This document shows, piece after piece, positions 52,049 to 64,000 of a DNA stretch of 64,000 bases. Position 1 is the stretch's first letter, and each line of letters opens with the position of its first letter. Below the pieces are notes generated by a model that was not told the origin of the DNA, searched no databases, and saw only the letters and a program-made list of their open reading frames with translations. The DNA comes from Glycera tridactyla (Eukaryota), in assembly GCA_965644265.1 (NCBI GenBank), contig OZ286469.1, positions 64,728,001 to 64,792,000 on the forward strand. Reading direction: 5' to 3'. The translations under genes were made by a program, and so were the position numbers.

Positions 52049-52330
52049 GATTGGTCGGGGTTCAATGGCATCATGTATAGTCGAACCTGCTCTAAAGACC
52101 ACCTTCTCTATAGAGACCACCTGAGCTGCGACCGTGATAGTATTTTCAACAGTAAATGACCTCTCTATAAAGACCACTTGCCCAGAAAGACCGCTTTTTG
52201 ATGCGACCGAAGGCGGTCTTTATAGACAGGTTCGACTGTATAATGTATGCTGTGTGTGTTCCTGATCTTTGAAAGCTGGATGCTCTGGCCACTAGAGGCA
52301 TCACACACACAAACTCTGAACACCAAAGTA
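52049..52330 (-). mobile_element. Family C copy interrupted by MITE A copy 4
   Basis: TTGATTGG...TTCAATGGCATCATGTA [MITE] TAATGTATGCTGTGTGTGTTCCTGATCTTTGAAAGCTGGATGCTC. Confidence 0.65.
52078..52238. mobile_element. MITE family A, copy 4
   Basis: TA|TAGTCGAACCTG...CAGGTTCGACTG|TA; 161 bp. Confidence 0.9.
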
Positions 52331-55300
52331 TCTTAACATATGAATTGAGGATGGTCTGACTGCAGATTTTCTTCTCTCATTCTAGGCTGATATAATGGGA
52401 CAGATCCTAGGTACAGTGAAGTGAAGTGTGCTCTCTGTACCCCTAGGCACCTGTCATTATTGCTATGCATACCCTGTCTACCCATGTGTGCCTTGAGCAT
52501 GTGTGTGCACGCATGCACGTGTGCACTCAGGCAAAGATCAAATTGGGGAATACACTCAAGCACTTATGGTTACATCCCGAAGAAAGGCATTTGGCAAGCT
52601 CAGGGGGATGGGCCGAAATGGTACCAACGCACTCCAGTGAGATGTCCCCAGGAATTTTAAACATGCAATTAGTCCTCATACACTGTCTGGCCAGTATCAT
52701 GATGTCGAGGATGATGGAACGCTACATGGCGATGGCGACATAACAATTCGGGTGCCATCCCGCAGTCCCATAGTCAACATAATGATGTCAAATCGCAATG
52801 CTCAGCATATGTCAAAAGGCGGCCCAATTCGTCATCCTCGGCCACTGTAATCCATTTATTTCGGAACACAGAAATCAATATTCAATACAGCACAATGGCG
52901 GCATGACGATGGGCGTGACTGCTCCCGATGGGAGTTCAGTGCGACTTCACTTAAATAATGAATGTGGCAGTGTAACTGGAGATGGTTCCATGTGCCCGCA
53001 TTTCTCCACCATTACCACGGTTACGGTTACTCCCACCCCTTCCTGTCATCACTCTGCAGCCGCAAACACCACCTTACATCACACAATTCACACTGATCCC
53101 ACACTCACATCAAAAATCCATCAGTACAGATTTATCTAGGAAAACAGCAATTATCATCTTTTTTTTCATGCGGAAATGCCTCCAGAATTTCATGACAAGG
53201 GGCCAATCAGGTCCTTCTGCTGAGATCATAGGAAGGAGCAAATAAAGTCAGGAGCAATCAAAATTCAGTGGGAAATATGGAGGGTTCAAAAAACTGCCAA
53301 AATGGGACCAAGATGGAGAATCAGGTGTCAGTTGGATGAGTGTAGCTTCACCTTCTCATGATGAAAAACACTAAATTCATCCATAACGATGGGTTATGGT
53401 TGAAGTAAAAGATATTTGGTGAAATCTTGATGAATGCTGCATCAATGGAGACAAAATAATAAAAAGATAGCTATCATGGGTATGTTGACTATTCAAAAGA
53501 TTGATGTGCACTCATATTAACAGTCAAACAGAGATTCAGTAGAAGAAGTAATTTAGTTGACATACAACAGAAATTTGCCTTAAACAGTCACACTCGATGA
53601 CAGTTCTTGGGGACAGTGCTCACTAAAAGCCAGAATTATTCCCTAACGAGAACTCAGAATGAGGCTATGTAATAATCGTATTGCAGTCTGTGCCACTAAG
53701 CTGCCCAAAATCTATCAGCAAACGAATGCAAAGTAGATATTCCGATCGAAATTGTGTGTGTAAATCCGGCACGTAAACAAAAGCTGAGGGTAAGCTGTGC
53801 ATCTGAATGAGATATCAGAATGAGCCGGGCCCCGATACGCGACGAATTTGCCGCACTGAGCCGTGTGTTGTCGTATTGTCATCACACCACACGCTGCCCA
53901 GTCATCGTTTGTCGTGGCGTACGGTTCGTCACGATACGCTATCACTTCATCGGGATGTATACCCTAATCCTCTTAGAATATATATCAGCCTAGCACCAAG
54001 GGGTGAGAGTGGGGGTGCCAGACGGGCCATTCGCTAACTCTTCTACGATCGCATACTATTCTCTGACGCCACGACTATTCTGCTGATCTATGACTCAATC
54101 CATGACTCATGAGTCAGCACTGAGAAATACTGAAATCATATCATCATCCGCTACCACATACATAGCTGACCTGCGAGTTTCAACAAAATTCCTATCATTT
54201 AATCACGTAACCAACGACAGACACAACAACTAGGAACAAATCTGATATGATGTGAGAGTGAACTTGTTCCACTTCCCCAGGTCTGCATTTCATTTCATCA
54301 GTGTGATACATTCAATACACAGCTACGTAAATCAAGCTGCAGATTGAAGTATATATAATACATCCACATCAACCTTTTTACTGGATTTCAACAACTGCTG
54401 TTTTCAGGTTCGATGCATGTAATCGCCAATATCAGTAATAGCGAGGAATAATATCTGTGGATAATCTCGATGTATCTAGAATCGGGGAAGTTAATGCTGT
54501 CACAGTTGTGAAGCCGCATGAATTCATCACTAGCGAATCAATACCCGGCAGATACTCTGCTTATTTCTGCGAGCGGACAATGGATTTATTTCGCGCTGCT
54601 TGTACTTCTTTCATGTGGCTATCGATTAATGAACACCAACCATATTTCCCCGCATACTAGCCATGCCTGCTTCTGAGAAGAGGCAAAACTGTTGAAGCAT
54701 GGGTGAGGAGAATAACAGCACATATTGGTTGGGTGACCACAAATATGGAGCACACATAAAACAATCCAATTTCCACGCTGTCACCGTGAACAACTGGGTG
54801 ATAGTTTCCAAAGCTTATTTAGAATTCAGATTGTATGTATATAAGGCAATATTAGTCAGAAACTTGAGAAAGCATCAATATAGGTTTGAGAGGGTAGGAT
54901 ATTTGATGGGGAACATAATGCAGGGTCTCATGGAACTGATGATCGTTGCAAAAAAGGTATCATCAACATGACACACTTTTTAAAGGCGGAGTTGATGAAT
55001 GATATGTGATCAGTCATTTTTTCACATAGCACCAATTATGTGGACATTGTGGAGCCATTATTGCATTCTTGCTTGTCAGCGGGTTTCTGCACGCATAACT
55101 GCCATCCACCTGCCTCCAGCAGTTCACACTTAATGCATCATTTCTGCACCTATTTTGCCAGGAAAAAAAAACAAGAGACTGATATCTTTTCGCTTCCAAC
55201 ACAACTCGACATGTTTGGCCGAAAGGATGACTGGGCCCCCTGGGAGTCTTTTCTAAGAGAAATTATATTGGCAATAGATTGGGGGGGGGGGGGGGGGGGA

Positions 55301-55344
55301 GGGCTCTTCTGATGATTTTGTAAGCCATTCCATGATGAAAATTT

Positions 55345-55640
55345 ATAAGATTGAAGAAAAGGGAGAGAAGGAGGGGGAGGAGGAGGAGAAGGAGGAGGAG
55401 GAGAGTGCTTTCAGGAGGAGGTGGGGTGGGGGAAGGAAATGAAAGAAAAGGCGGGGGGGGGGGGGGGAGGTTGGGGAGGACAAAATGGTCAGAGGAGAAA
55501 CCCAGAATAAGGGGAGGGTGAGGATGAGAAAAGTGGGTGTTTTGGGTAGGATGCAGAGGGATGGAAAACGAGAGGAGGAGGAGGAGGAGGAGGAGGAGGA
55601 GGAGGAGGAGGAGGAGGAGGAGGAGGAGGAGGAGGAGGTA
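55345..55640. repeat. Purine-rich low-complexity tract with (GAG)n (55571-55638); further GA tract at 55930-56035
   Basis: Directly visible; accounts for the poly-E, poly-P and poly-S ORFs. Confidence 0.95.
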
Positions 55641-56837
55641 GTGATGGTGGCAGTGGCAGGTGGGTTAGGCCTCGTAACATAACAACTTATCACATAATCA
55701 ATAGCTTGCTAAACAATCCAATCAAATTCTCCTTAAATGCAAGTGGTAATTGCATTCAAGGATGTATGTATTCGACTGAGCAATTGCCACCATTACTGTC
55801 TGCAGACCGAGTGTGGCATGCCATCATAGCAATCTCAACTGATTCATCACCATTATCTCATACTTCTCAATCAGCACCACCATCTGACATCACCCCTGCC
55901 ATGTGAGCTCACCAAGAAGATAAAGAAGTGGACAAAGAAGGAGGAGCAGGAGCAGGAGCAGGAGAAGACGAAGGAGAAGATGAAGAAGAAAAGAAGAAAA
56001 AGAAAAAGAAAAAAGAGGAGAAGAAGAAGAAGAAAATTTCAAAGCAAAGTCAATGGACAACAATGTGAACTTGAATTTTTCACATTTTTTGTGATTTTTC
56101 GATCATCAAAATCAGGAAAAAGCTGAGAGGAGATCTGCCATCTTCGTTATTTACATCCAGACAGATTCCCCTACCCCCTTTCTTGAGATTATCATGAAAA
56201 GCCTTATCACAGGCGCTTAACATAACCTTGAATCTACAAATGACCAACCACTGATTCTGTTCCCTGTCATTCTGATTTAAATTTACTACATCCAATTCAT
56301 TACAGGGCACTGACAACACAGCCTACAGGCCAAATCCACACCCACTGGGATCTTAAATCTATTTCATTCATACAATCTGACCTTTTCTTTTGTCTCTAGC
56401 TATAGAGAAGAGTTGAGAAAATCAATCATATGCTGATTGTAATGCCAGCAATTGTGAAGCAAAATTTTGGAAACACTGCTGAATTTCCTGTGAATACCCC
56501 TCATATTCTCAAAAGTATCTGTTTTAAATCTGCCAATCAGAATACAGCAATCACACAATTTTGATTGTCAATAAAATTTTCAGAATTCCAAATATTTTCA
56601 GAAAGTCTGTCTGTAGCCCCTCAAAAGTTTTTGGTTTGTTGTTTGTTTGTTCTTCATCCCATCAGCAACACCTGGGGGCTATATTGAGATGCACATAGGA
56701 TAGTCATGGCAGATCAAGATTTTTTTCTGGGTCCCAAAAAAAGGTGAAATTTCATTCACAGACTCAAGACATCATTCCTGATGAGAGAGACCAAAGAGTG
56801 ACTGCCTTGCCATGGAAAGCAGTCTCTCATAGAAATA

Positions 56838-57014
56838 CAGTCGAACCTGCTCTAAAGACCACCTCTCTATAATGACCACCTCTCTATAAAGACCACTTGA
56901 GCTGCGACCGTGGTAGTATTTTCAACAGTAAATGACCTCTCTATAAAGACCAACTGCCTATAAAGACCACTTTTTGATGCAACCGAAGGCGGTCTTTATG
57001 GACAGGTTTGACTG
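56838..57014. mobile_element. MITE family A, copy 5, nested in an older family-B-like element (~56775-57100)
   Basis: TA|CAGTCGAACCTG...CAGGTTTGACTG|TA. Flanks carry family-B-like motifs (CCTGATGAGAGAGACC, AAAGCAGTCTCTCA; GATGAGAGG, GGGTCTCTT, AGTTACACTG). Confidence 0.88.
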
Positions 57015-57155
57015 TATTTAAATTGAAGACCAGCCCATGAAAACAGACTGTGATGAGAGGTCCATCTCTTTCATGGGTCTCTTTCATCATAAGTTACACT
57101 GATAATTTATAGGAGTGTTACTTATCTGCTTCCAGGTGCAAGGACAAACTAAGGA

Positions 57156-57185
57156 AACTTACCTATAAACAGACAAAAATGTACA
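57156..57185 (-). other. Candidate recursive splice site (junction 57162/57163)
   Basis: Minus strand: gtacatttttgtctgtttatag|gtaagtttcc. Confidence 0.72.
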
Positions 57186-58645
57186 CAATGATTAGATACA
57201 GTAAATAAAACAATAATAAATAATGTTGAATCGATAAAAATCGTGCGACCTCACTAAAATTGAAAATAATTGAATTCAGGTAATTTTGCGAAAATCAAGA
57301 TCTGCACGTATATTCATCATCAGGAAGGTTTCATTATTTCCGCTGATGGCCATATTGCTTTTTTTGTGCAAGGTATTATGGGTTATTACGGATGAAAATC
57401 AATCTTTCAATCATCATTCATCGCAAAAACAAGGCATAAATGCACAAACGGTTCTTATACATGCTGCTTATTAGTTCAAGGACAAATATCATGCACATGT
57501 TTGCATGATGGTACGAATATTCTGAAGTTGTCTGATTATTGGAAAAGTTGAACATCAGCTACCATTCATCCCAATGATTCAGACAAAACGCTTTCGAATT
57601 AAATTTTGAAAATTCGACGAATTTCTCAATATCTTGCATCACTTGAGGCATTCCTGCTACTCCAATCATCACCCACACCCACACCCACACTCAAACACAC
57701 AGACCCATCCCAACCACAAAAATAAATATTTCATTGTAGCAGAGGGTCCATTTCATGAGTATCAAGTGACACACATTTTGTGAATGATGAAACATGATGC
57801 ACCACGCAATATAAATGGTTGACCATTTGTTCCTTTCAACTATGGGAATGTTTCACATCGAGTACCCGACCCACCTCCCCAAAACAACCTCCCTGGAGAG
57901 CAGACCTTTTCTTGTCTTATCTGATTGACACATCCTGCGTCAGAAATTGAAACCAACAGATGAAAGATTAACCCTTCAATGCAAAAAGTAAAGGCTGGTA
58001 TTATCTTTTTTTTTTGATGGGTGAAAAATTCTCTGCTTCAGGCCATCTCCCTTGGGGCATAAATTACAATCAACTAAAACCTGATACCAAACTTGTCAAA
58101 AACCTATCAAAAGAAAAAAATAGCATCCAGTGACAATTATATTCTGCTGTGATGAAGCCTGGGATAATCAATATTGTCCACAGTTTTTTTTATTAACCGG
58201 ATGGTGCACTCTTTCAAAAACTAGATCTGATCACACTAACGCCATAGCTGCCTGCCATCCAGTTTTTGTTAAAAACGTACCACCCTTGTCACCCTCATCC
58301 AAAGTTTTTGATTCAGGATTATTGATTTATCTCACAGTATGGTATTTTCCCCTCACCTTTTTATTAGTCTTTCCTGCCAGTTATTTACTGAAGGCACTTA
58401 GCTCAATAAATGGGGGATGACTTCCTATGGTTTTTATCAACCTCATTGTATCTTTTTGGCGGTGTGGGGGAAGCTCATGTGCCATTGCAATTACACAAAT
58501 TGCAAGATTGCAATCAAAAGAATAAACTAAAGTTGATTATTCTTCATTTTTTCCAATATCTTGCATTCTCCAGAAAAAAACAAGTGTTATTTTCTAACCT
58601 ATGTTATTCAAAAGTATTGCAGCAGAGGATACAATCATACTGTAC

Positions 58646-58920
58646 TATAGCAAGAATATATGGCTGTAAGGTAAAAACGCAAAACCAAACGAGGTGTAAA
58701 TTTTGCAGGATGTCACGAGGTCGAAGACCAAGTGACATCCAACAAGATTCATACAGAGCTTGGTATTGCGTTTTCACTTTATGGTCATATATTCTTGCTT
58801 TTATCACATGGATTAGGAGAGAAATCATCAAAAAGTAGTTCTCATCCAGCTGAGAAGTATTATACGCAATACTCAACACAAGAAATTCAACTGAAAATGT
58901 TACATCCATGTGATAAAATA
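58646..58920. mobile_element. Palindromic repeat family E, copy 2 (same arms, 71-nt spacer with an inner hairpin)
   Basis: Arms at 58649-58688 and 58760-58799. Inner inverted repeat GGATGTCAC (58708) / GTGACATCC (58732). Confidence 0.85.
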
Positions 58921-60619
58921 TCGAATAAGTTACATCATTTTTGCCCTCATCTGTATTGTCATCACAGCACCCCGGATTGGCATCAAGACATCTTGCGCTA
59001 CACACGTCATGCGTCAAATGAATGGCATCAGATGTTCATTGCCATTGACAAAGCATGATGTAGATCAGCATCACCACGTCATGGCCCTAGGCAAGGATTC
59101 ACGATAATAGTTCTGACAAAAGTCGGCAACATAATTATCACTGAGATAAAGTAGACAGCTGTGATACAACAAGTCTCTATTTACATCTTGTTACCTCTAT
59201 AGTTATGTCTAGTTACATCAATAGATCTCCTCTCGAACGAATAATAACACTTCACAGGCCATATCAAAACTGAAAATTTCTTGGATTTTCTATATGCTCT
59301 ATCATAACGCACATAGTACTACATGTATAACAATTGGGGGTACAGTGCTCCTTCATATTTTAGTCACACTTAGTTGAAAAATCACAGGATGGAGACACCC
59401 CCTCACCCCTTCTGAAATCTTACAAATGTGCTCGCTACCATGAGAACACAATCAATGATATTACTTCTCTTCTTGATTGAACAGCTTCAGTTTTGCTACA
59501 CACAATAAGGATGATCTGGTAATTAATAAGAAAACACTGGTGTGTGCGTTTGTGAGTGTTCCAGGGTTGATAACGTAATAACATTATGAAAGCACACAGC
59601 ATGGCGTGCACATACGGCAGTTGCCATTACCAGATGAGGCACGTGAATGAAATTCACTTCGCCAACTCAGCCGCGATTTTCACGTTAATTCATTTCAGGA
59701 AGCACATTTGCCAAGGTCATTAGAAAAACAGCGATGTTATTTTCCTGAGCAGTGCATGACCATGATTGCAATGTGGCTGAAAACTTCGGCTCCACGGAAT
59801 AAGCAAGCATCTAATGACTCAAATAAACATGAAAGAAAAGCCAACGATATTTGTTCAAATCATGCACTCACTACTGAAGTGAAAGACATAATTTGAGGCA
59901 CTTGAGCAAAATGACAGCATTTGCCTTCCACAGATGAAGTTAAATTCACAATGGCCAAGGCAACCCACCCTTATCCCCCGCAAGATCAATAGTGAAGGAT
60001 GCAAATTGGACTGCGCATATCGGGGTTTGCGTTGTCCTCCGTGATTCGACGGTCATGGCGACTTTATCGCGGAACATAGCGCACCCCCCAGGTCATCCAG
60101 CGCCCAGCGAATACTGTCACATCTGCGTGTGTGTTACACGAAGACAAAAACCAGATGTCGGGGACCGTAACCACAGTTTCCACAGCTGATGGGACAGAAG
60201 CACACTAGCTAATCTCATTTAGACATCTAAATATCATTGGCCTCAGACTTGATTGAATTTCGTAAAACACCCTCCTCGTTAGTTCTTATAGTGTCTCTAA
60301 ATCTAACTTAACCCTTCTTTCCCGAGGCTTACAAGCCCTCCACACATATAGCGGGACCTAAGACACAAACATAATAGAATTGACTTGAGAATATCCATGG
60401 TAGAGAAAAAATGAAACATCAGTGAACTTGTCCCAAAGTTCTGACAAGACGGCAAGAATATAACCCGGCATTGAAAGGATTGAAAAATCTTGTCTAAATG
60501 TCACAGTCACAAATGACTGATTGAAGCTGGCACACAGGGTATGTGTCCGAAAGTGTGTCTGTGTATTAATTTATGTGTTCCAGGCAGATGCTTGGAGCCT
60601 ATGAGTTGTAAATTGGTTG

Positions 60620-60765
60620 ATTTAACAGTACTCATGCATGGAGTTATGTGCATTATTTGATTCAGATCCTTGAAAGCTGTATGCTCTGTTTCCTTCAAAT
60701 ATCACTCACACACAACCTGAATGCATGATAAAGAGGAACAAGAAAGCCTGCCATGGGAAGGGTAC
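60620..60765 (-). mobile_element. Family C, degenerate copy
   Basis: TTGGTTGATTTAACAG...GAGTTATGTGC...GATCCTTGAAAGCTGTATGCTC...ATCACTCAC...CCTGAA. Confidence 0.5.
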
Positions 60766-63700
60766 TGTTGGTTCAGACACAGCTCCACCCATATCCCATA
60801 AAAGATAGCAGTATCAAGCCTAGTTTGTCATGGGAAAGATGTGTGGAGGACAGAGGAGAAAGAGCACGGGCAGGAATTTTCCATGATCATGCTGCACCTA
60901 TGACTAGAATGTATGTATGATAAGCACCAGACTTAACATGGATATTCCAATTGTCTCTTAATTATAAAATACAAAATAAATTGAGTACTGATGATCATGT
61001 CTGTGAAAGGCTGAAGAGTATTTAACTATGTACGTAGTTGGAATTTTATAATTTTGCTTCTATATTTTTGAGCTGCTTTCATGCTGGAATGCAGATGGGA
61101 AGTTCTGGGAAACTGGGGGATGTTAAGGGTGGGGTTAGAGCCAGGCCCATACAACGTCTTGTATTAATGATGTCACAAGCCAGGATACAAGACCACCAAA
61201 TCACCATTGATCTCTCCTGCAGCCTGTTAGCCCTGCCTCCCCGCCATCCCAATCAAACCGCCAACAATCGATGCATCTTTCAACATCCACCAATGAGACG
61301 CCAGAACATCAAATCCGGTGAAAGCTATACTTTTAGCAGCAACAAGCTATACATCGGAAAATTATTTCATCGGAAAATTATAATGTCATAATACTTTCAA
61401 TATCAAGATGGATTATGATTTCTGCTGATGACTGGTTGTGTTACAGTGTCTATAAATGGACAATGATCAACTCGGCCAATTGGACTAATGATGCCTATAG
61501 GATCAACCGACTTAATCCGATCCCCCCTCCCACCCAATAAACCCATGATCATGGTAGCCAGCTTTCATCCAGGACATTCTCACACTCTTACCACTCCTTG
61601 GAACTTCACAGTGCTAGGCCTGGAGGCATCAAAATGCTTCAAGCTAGAGGTGATACTCACACTCTGATCATATATTGCCCGAAATATTTCACGAGAGAGG
61701 ATGGGTAGCCTGATAGACAGACAGATATTCCTTGATCCTTTGCATGCTGAACAGCATAATAATATTTCATGTCGACCAATGAGGGTGAAACTGAGCTGGA
61801 TCGATTCAGCTACTCATATTTCAACTGACTTCATCATTTCCTGATCTAATGAAAGTTACCAGAGTCACTCTTGAGTGGGTAAAAATAGTCTCGCATGGAG
61901 ACCGGTTTCTTGTATTGTGATGCATGTCACGGCCGCCGATTGAGTGGGTCTATATTTGCCCCAATTGAATGATAGATGTCAGGCTGAGATCAATGCAGAT
62001 TCAATCGGCAAAATGCCGCAAATCGGCACCTCTAGCTGACCTTTATTTGACCTTATCAGTCCAGTCCTCCAGAAGGGTCAGATCTGGCTTCTAGCTGACC
62101 TCTGCTGGCCTCTGGTCAACTGATAAGATTAGAAAGCAGAACGTCTTTCTTGGGTTTCACAGTACCATGATCAAATGAATGATCAAGACAGCTGAATTAG
62201 CATTAAATCCACAAAGGCAGCCATCTTTATTTCTGCAATGCTGACATCTCACCTTCACTCTTCACGCCAAGCGGCCATGAAAATAAGTTCAGTGAAGCAA
62301 CCTTGAAGTTTCCTGTCCCGTGATGAGATCAGTTGTTTTGTGCGACCACTTCATCAGGGTCCTCCCCCACCCACACACCCACTTTTCTAGATTAAATTCA
62401 TGTTAGTGACAAAATACGCAAACTACATGTGACACAAACTACATCTGACGTCCGATTTATCTCTTCCATCACAAAAATCCGAATTTACATAAAGTCAAGG
62501 TTGTGAAGACTCTGTGAGCTTTTAACTTGACGATTATTGATGACGTATCAGAAGCATGTGGTTAGCGAGGATGAAGTACAAAATACGAGAGCCGTGTGTT
62601 TATGATATTAGAAGTCAGGAGGGAATATTGAAGGTGAAAAATTCACAAATCAGCAGACATTGCTGACAGATCCCATGACTGATTAGAGCGTATAAACTGC
62701 TATTAGGGACAGATTTATGGCAATTCTAAAGTGATCCATTTTGCAACCATACTAATTATGAATAATATTTATGCTGCATATTTTGTGCTCGGCCGAGTGG
62801 CAAATAGTGTCTGAGAGTAAACGCCCAATCGGATACTAGTCACCAAATATACAGTCTTACGATGTATGCGATAATTCTCAAGTCAATCCATGTGTCCACC
62901 TCCTACCTAGCCTATATTGACACATAACCTCAAGGTTTGTGAATACAAACAGAAGATTTAACCATGAATTCTTCTCAAGATCCTATGTCTGAGCACGGTT
63001 TTATCCAGAGAGATGTCCTGGTGTCTTATTGTCACCCCCCAGAAAATCAGAATTAGCACCCAATTTTTTTTTTATATTTTTGTAAATTTGATAAAAAATG
63101 AACACCTTACTTATTGAAAATCATTTTGTCATTTAAATAACCTATTTTGAAATTCTTGCTCTATCCCTGTTTCTGATCAAAGCATATCTCAGGGAGAATT
63201 CAATAATGGAGCGGAGAAATCCACAGGATTGGTGTTAAATTTTTTTTCAAAAAACAAAACAATCTTCATACTATCCTTTGTGACCTATAGATTTGGGAAT
63301 ACACAGAAAATGGGAATTATACATTTTGGATATGGCAAACATTAGAAGGTGCAGGTCCCTTGACAGACACAGGATTTATTCAAAGGACCTGAGCCTGCAG
63401 TTCAGATATGAATGGCAATTGGCTGTAAATGGGCGAGAGTGGCAGGGAGCTGCAGGGCCGCAGGCGGGCCAACAGCGGGCCAATTGGGCATGTGAAATGA
63501 TGCCAATAACAAAGCAAGCAATGGACAGTGGGAGTAACCTACTGACCACAACATATTAATACACCACCGTCAGATCCCGATATTCGCCAAGAAACGAGTC
63601 CCGAATGAGCGATCGTGACGTGATGTGACGCCACAGTCAGATCAATGAAATGCCACTCGATATGTGGTCACGTGGTGATGTCATGTCCCCCACTCAGTTG

Positions 63701-64000
63701 GTCACTGTACAGTGATTGCCAATTGCTCAAATTGCCAACAACTCATTGTACCAGGATGCTTGTATTGAATATGGTAACCTCCCTGACCTTCAAAAGTGGG
63801 TCAAACGTACTCACTGAGGCATCTGAAATTCAATATTGTAAGCAATGCACTGTCACGATCGTTGGTGCACACACCAAGTATGTGCGTGTGTGTGTATGCA
63901 TGCATGCACACATGCTCAAATATGCATTGATAATTGCTTCCATCATGGATGCGAGAAGCCAATGAATCAAAACTGATGAGATATTCAAAACAATAATTTG

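Overview
Eukaryotic (animal, probably non-vertebrate) draft-assembly DNA: AT-rich, with eight N gaps, many microsatellites and no long ORF with recognisable homology. Most ORFs in the supplied track are microsatellite or N-gap artefacts. The window reads as mainly intronic sequence of a large minus-strand transcription unit. The most notable signal is five minus-strand 'zero-length exons' (pyrimidine tract + YAG directly followed by GTAAG/GTGAG) at junctions 57162/3, 43525/6, 19429/30, 4246/7 and 2451/2. This is the signature of recursive-splicing ratchet points, and I saw no comparable site on the plus strand. A few candidate minus-strand exons exist, none identifiable (19959-20084; one ending at 4379; ORF 30319-30684). 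The rest is non-autonomous repeats: TA-flanked CAGT-ended Tc1/mariner-pogo-like MITE families, hAT-like MITEs, a SINE-like family with (CAAT)n tails, one tRNA-derived SINE head, a palindromic element forming a 40-bp hairpin, a 65-bp hairpin-unit tandem array and several nested insertions. All calls were made by eye, with no database searches.
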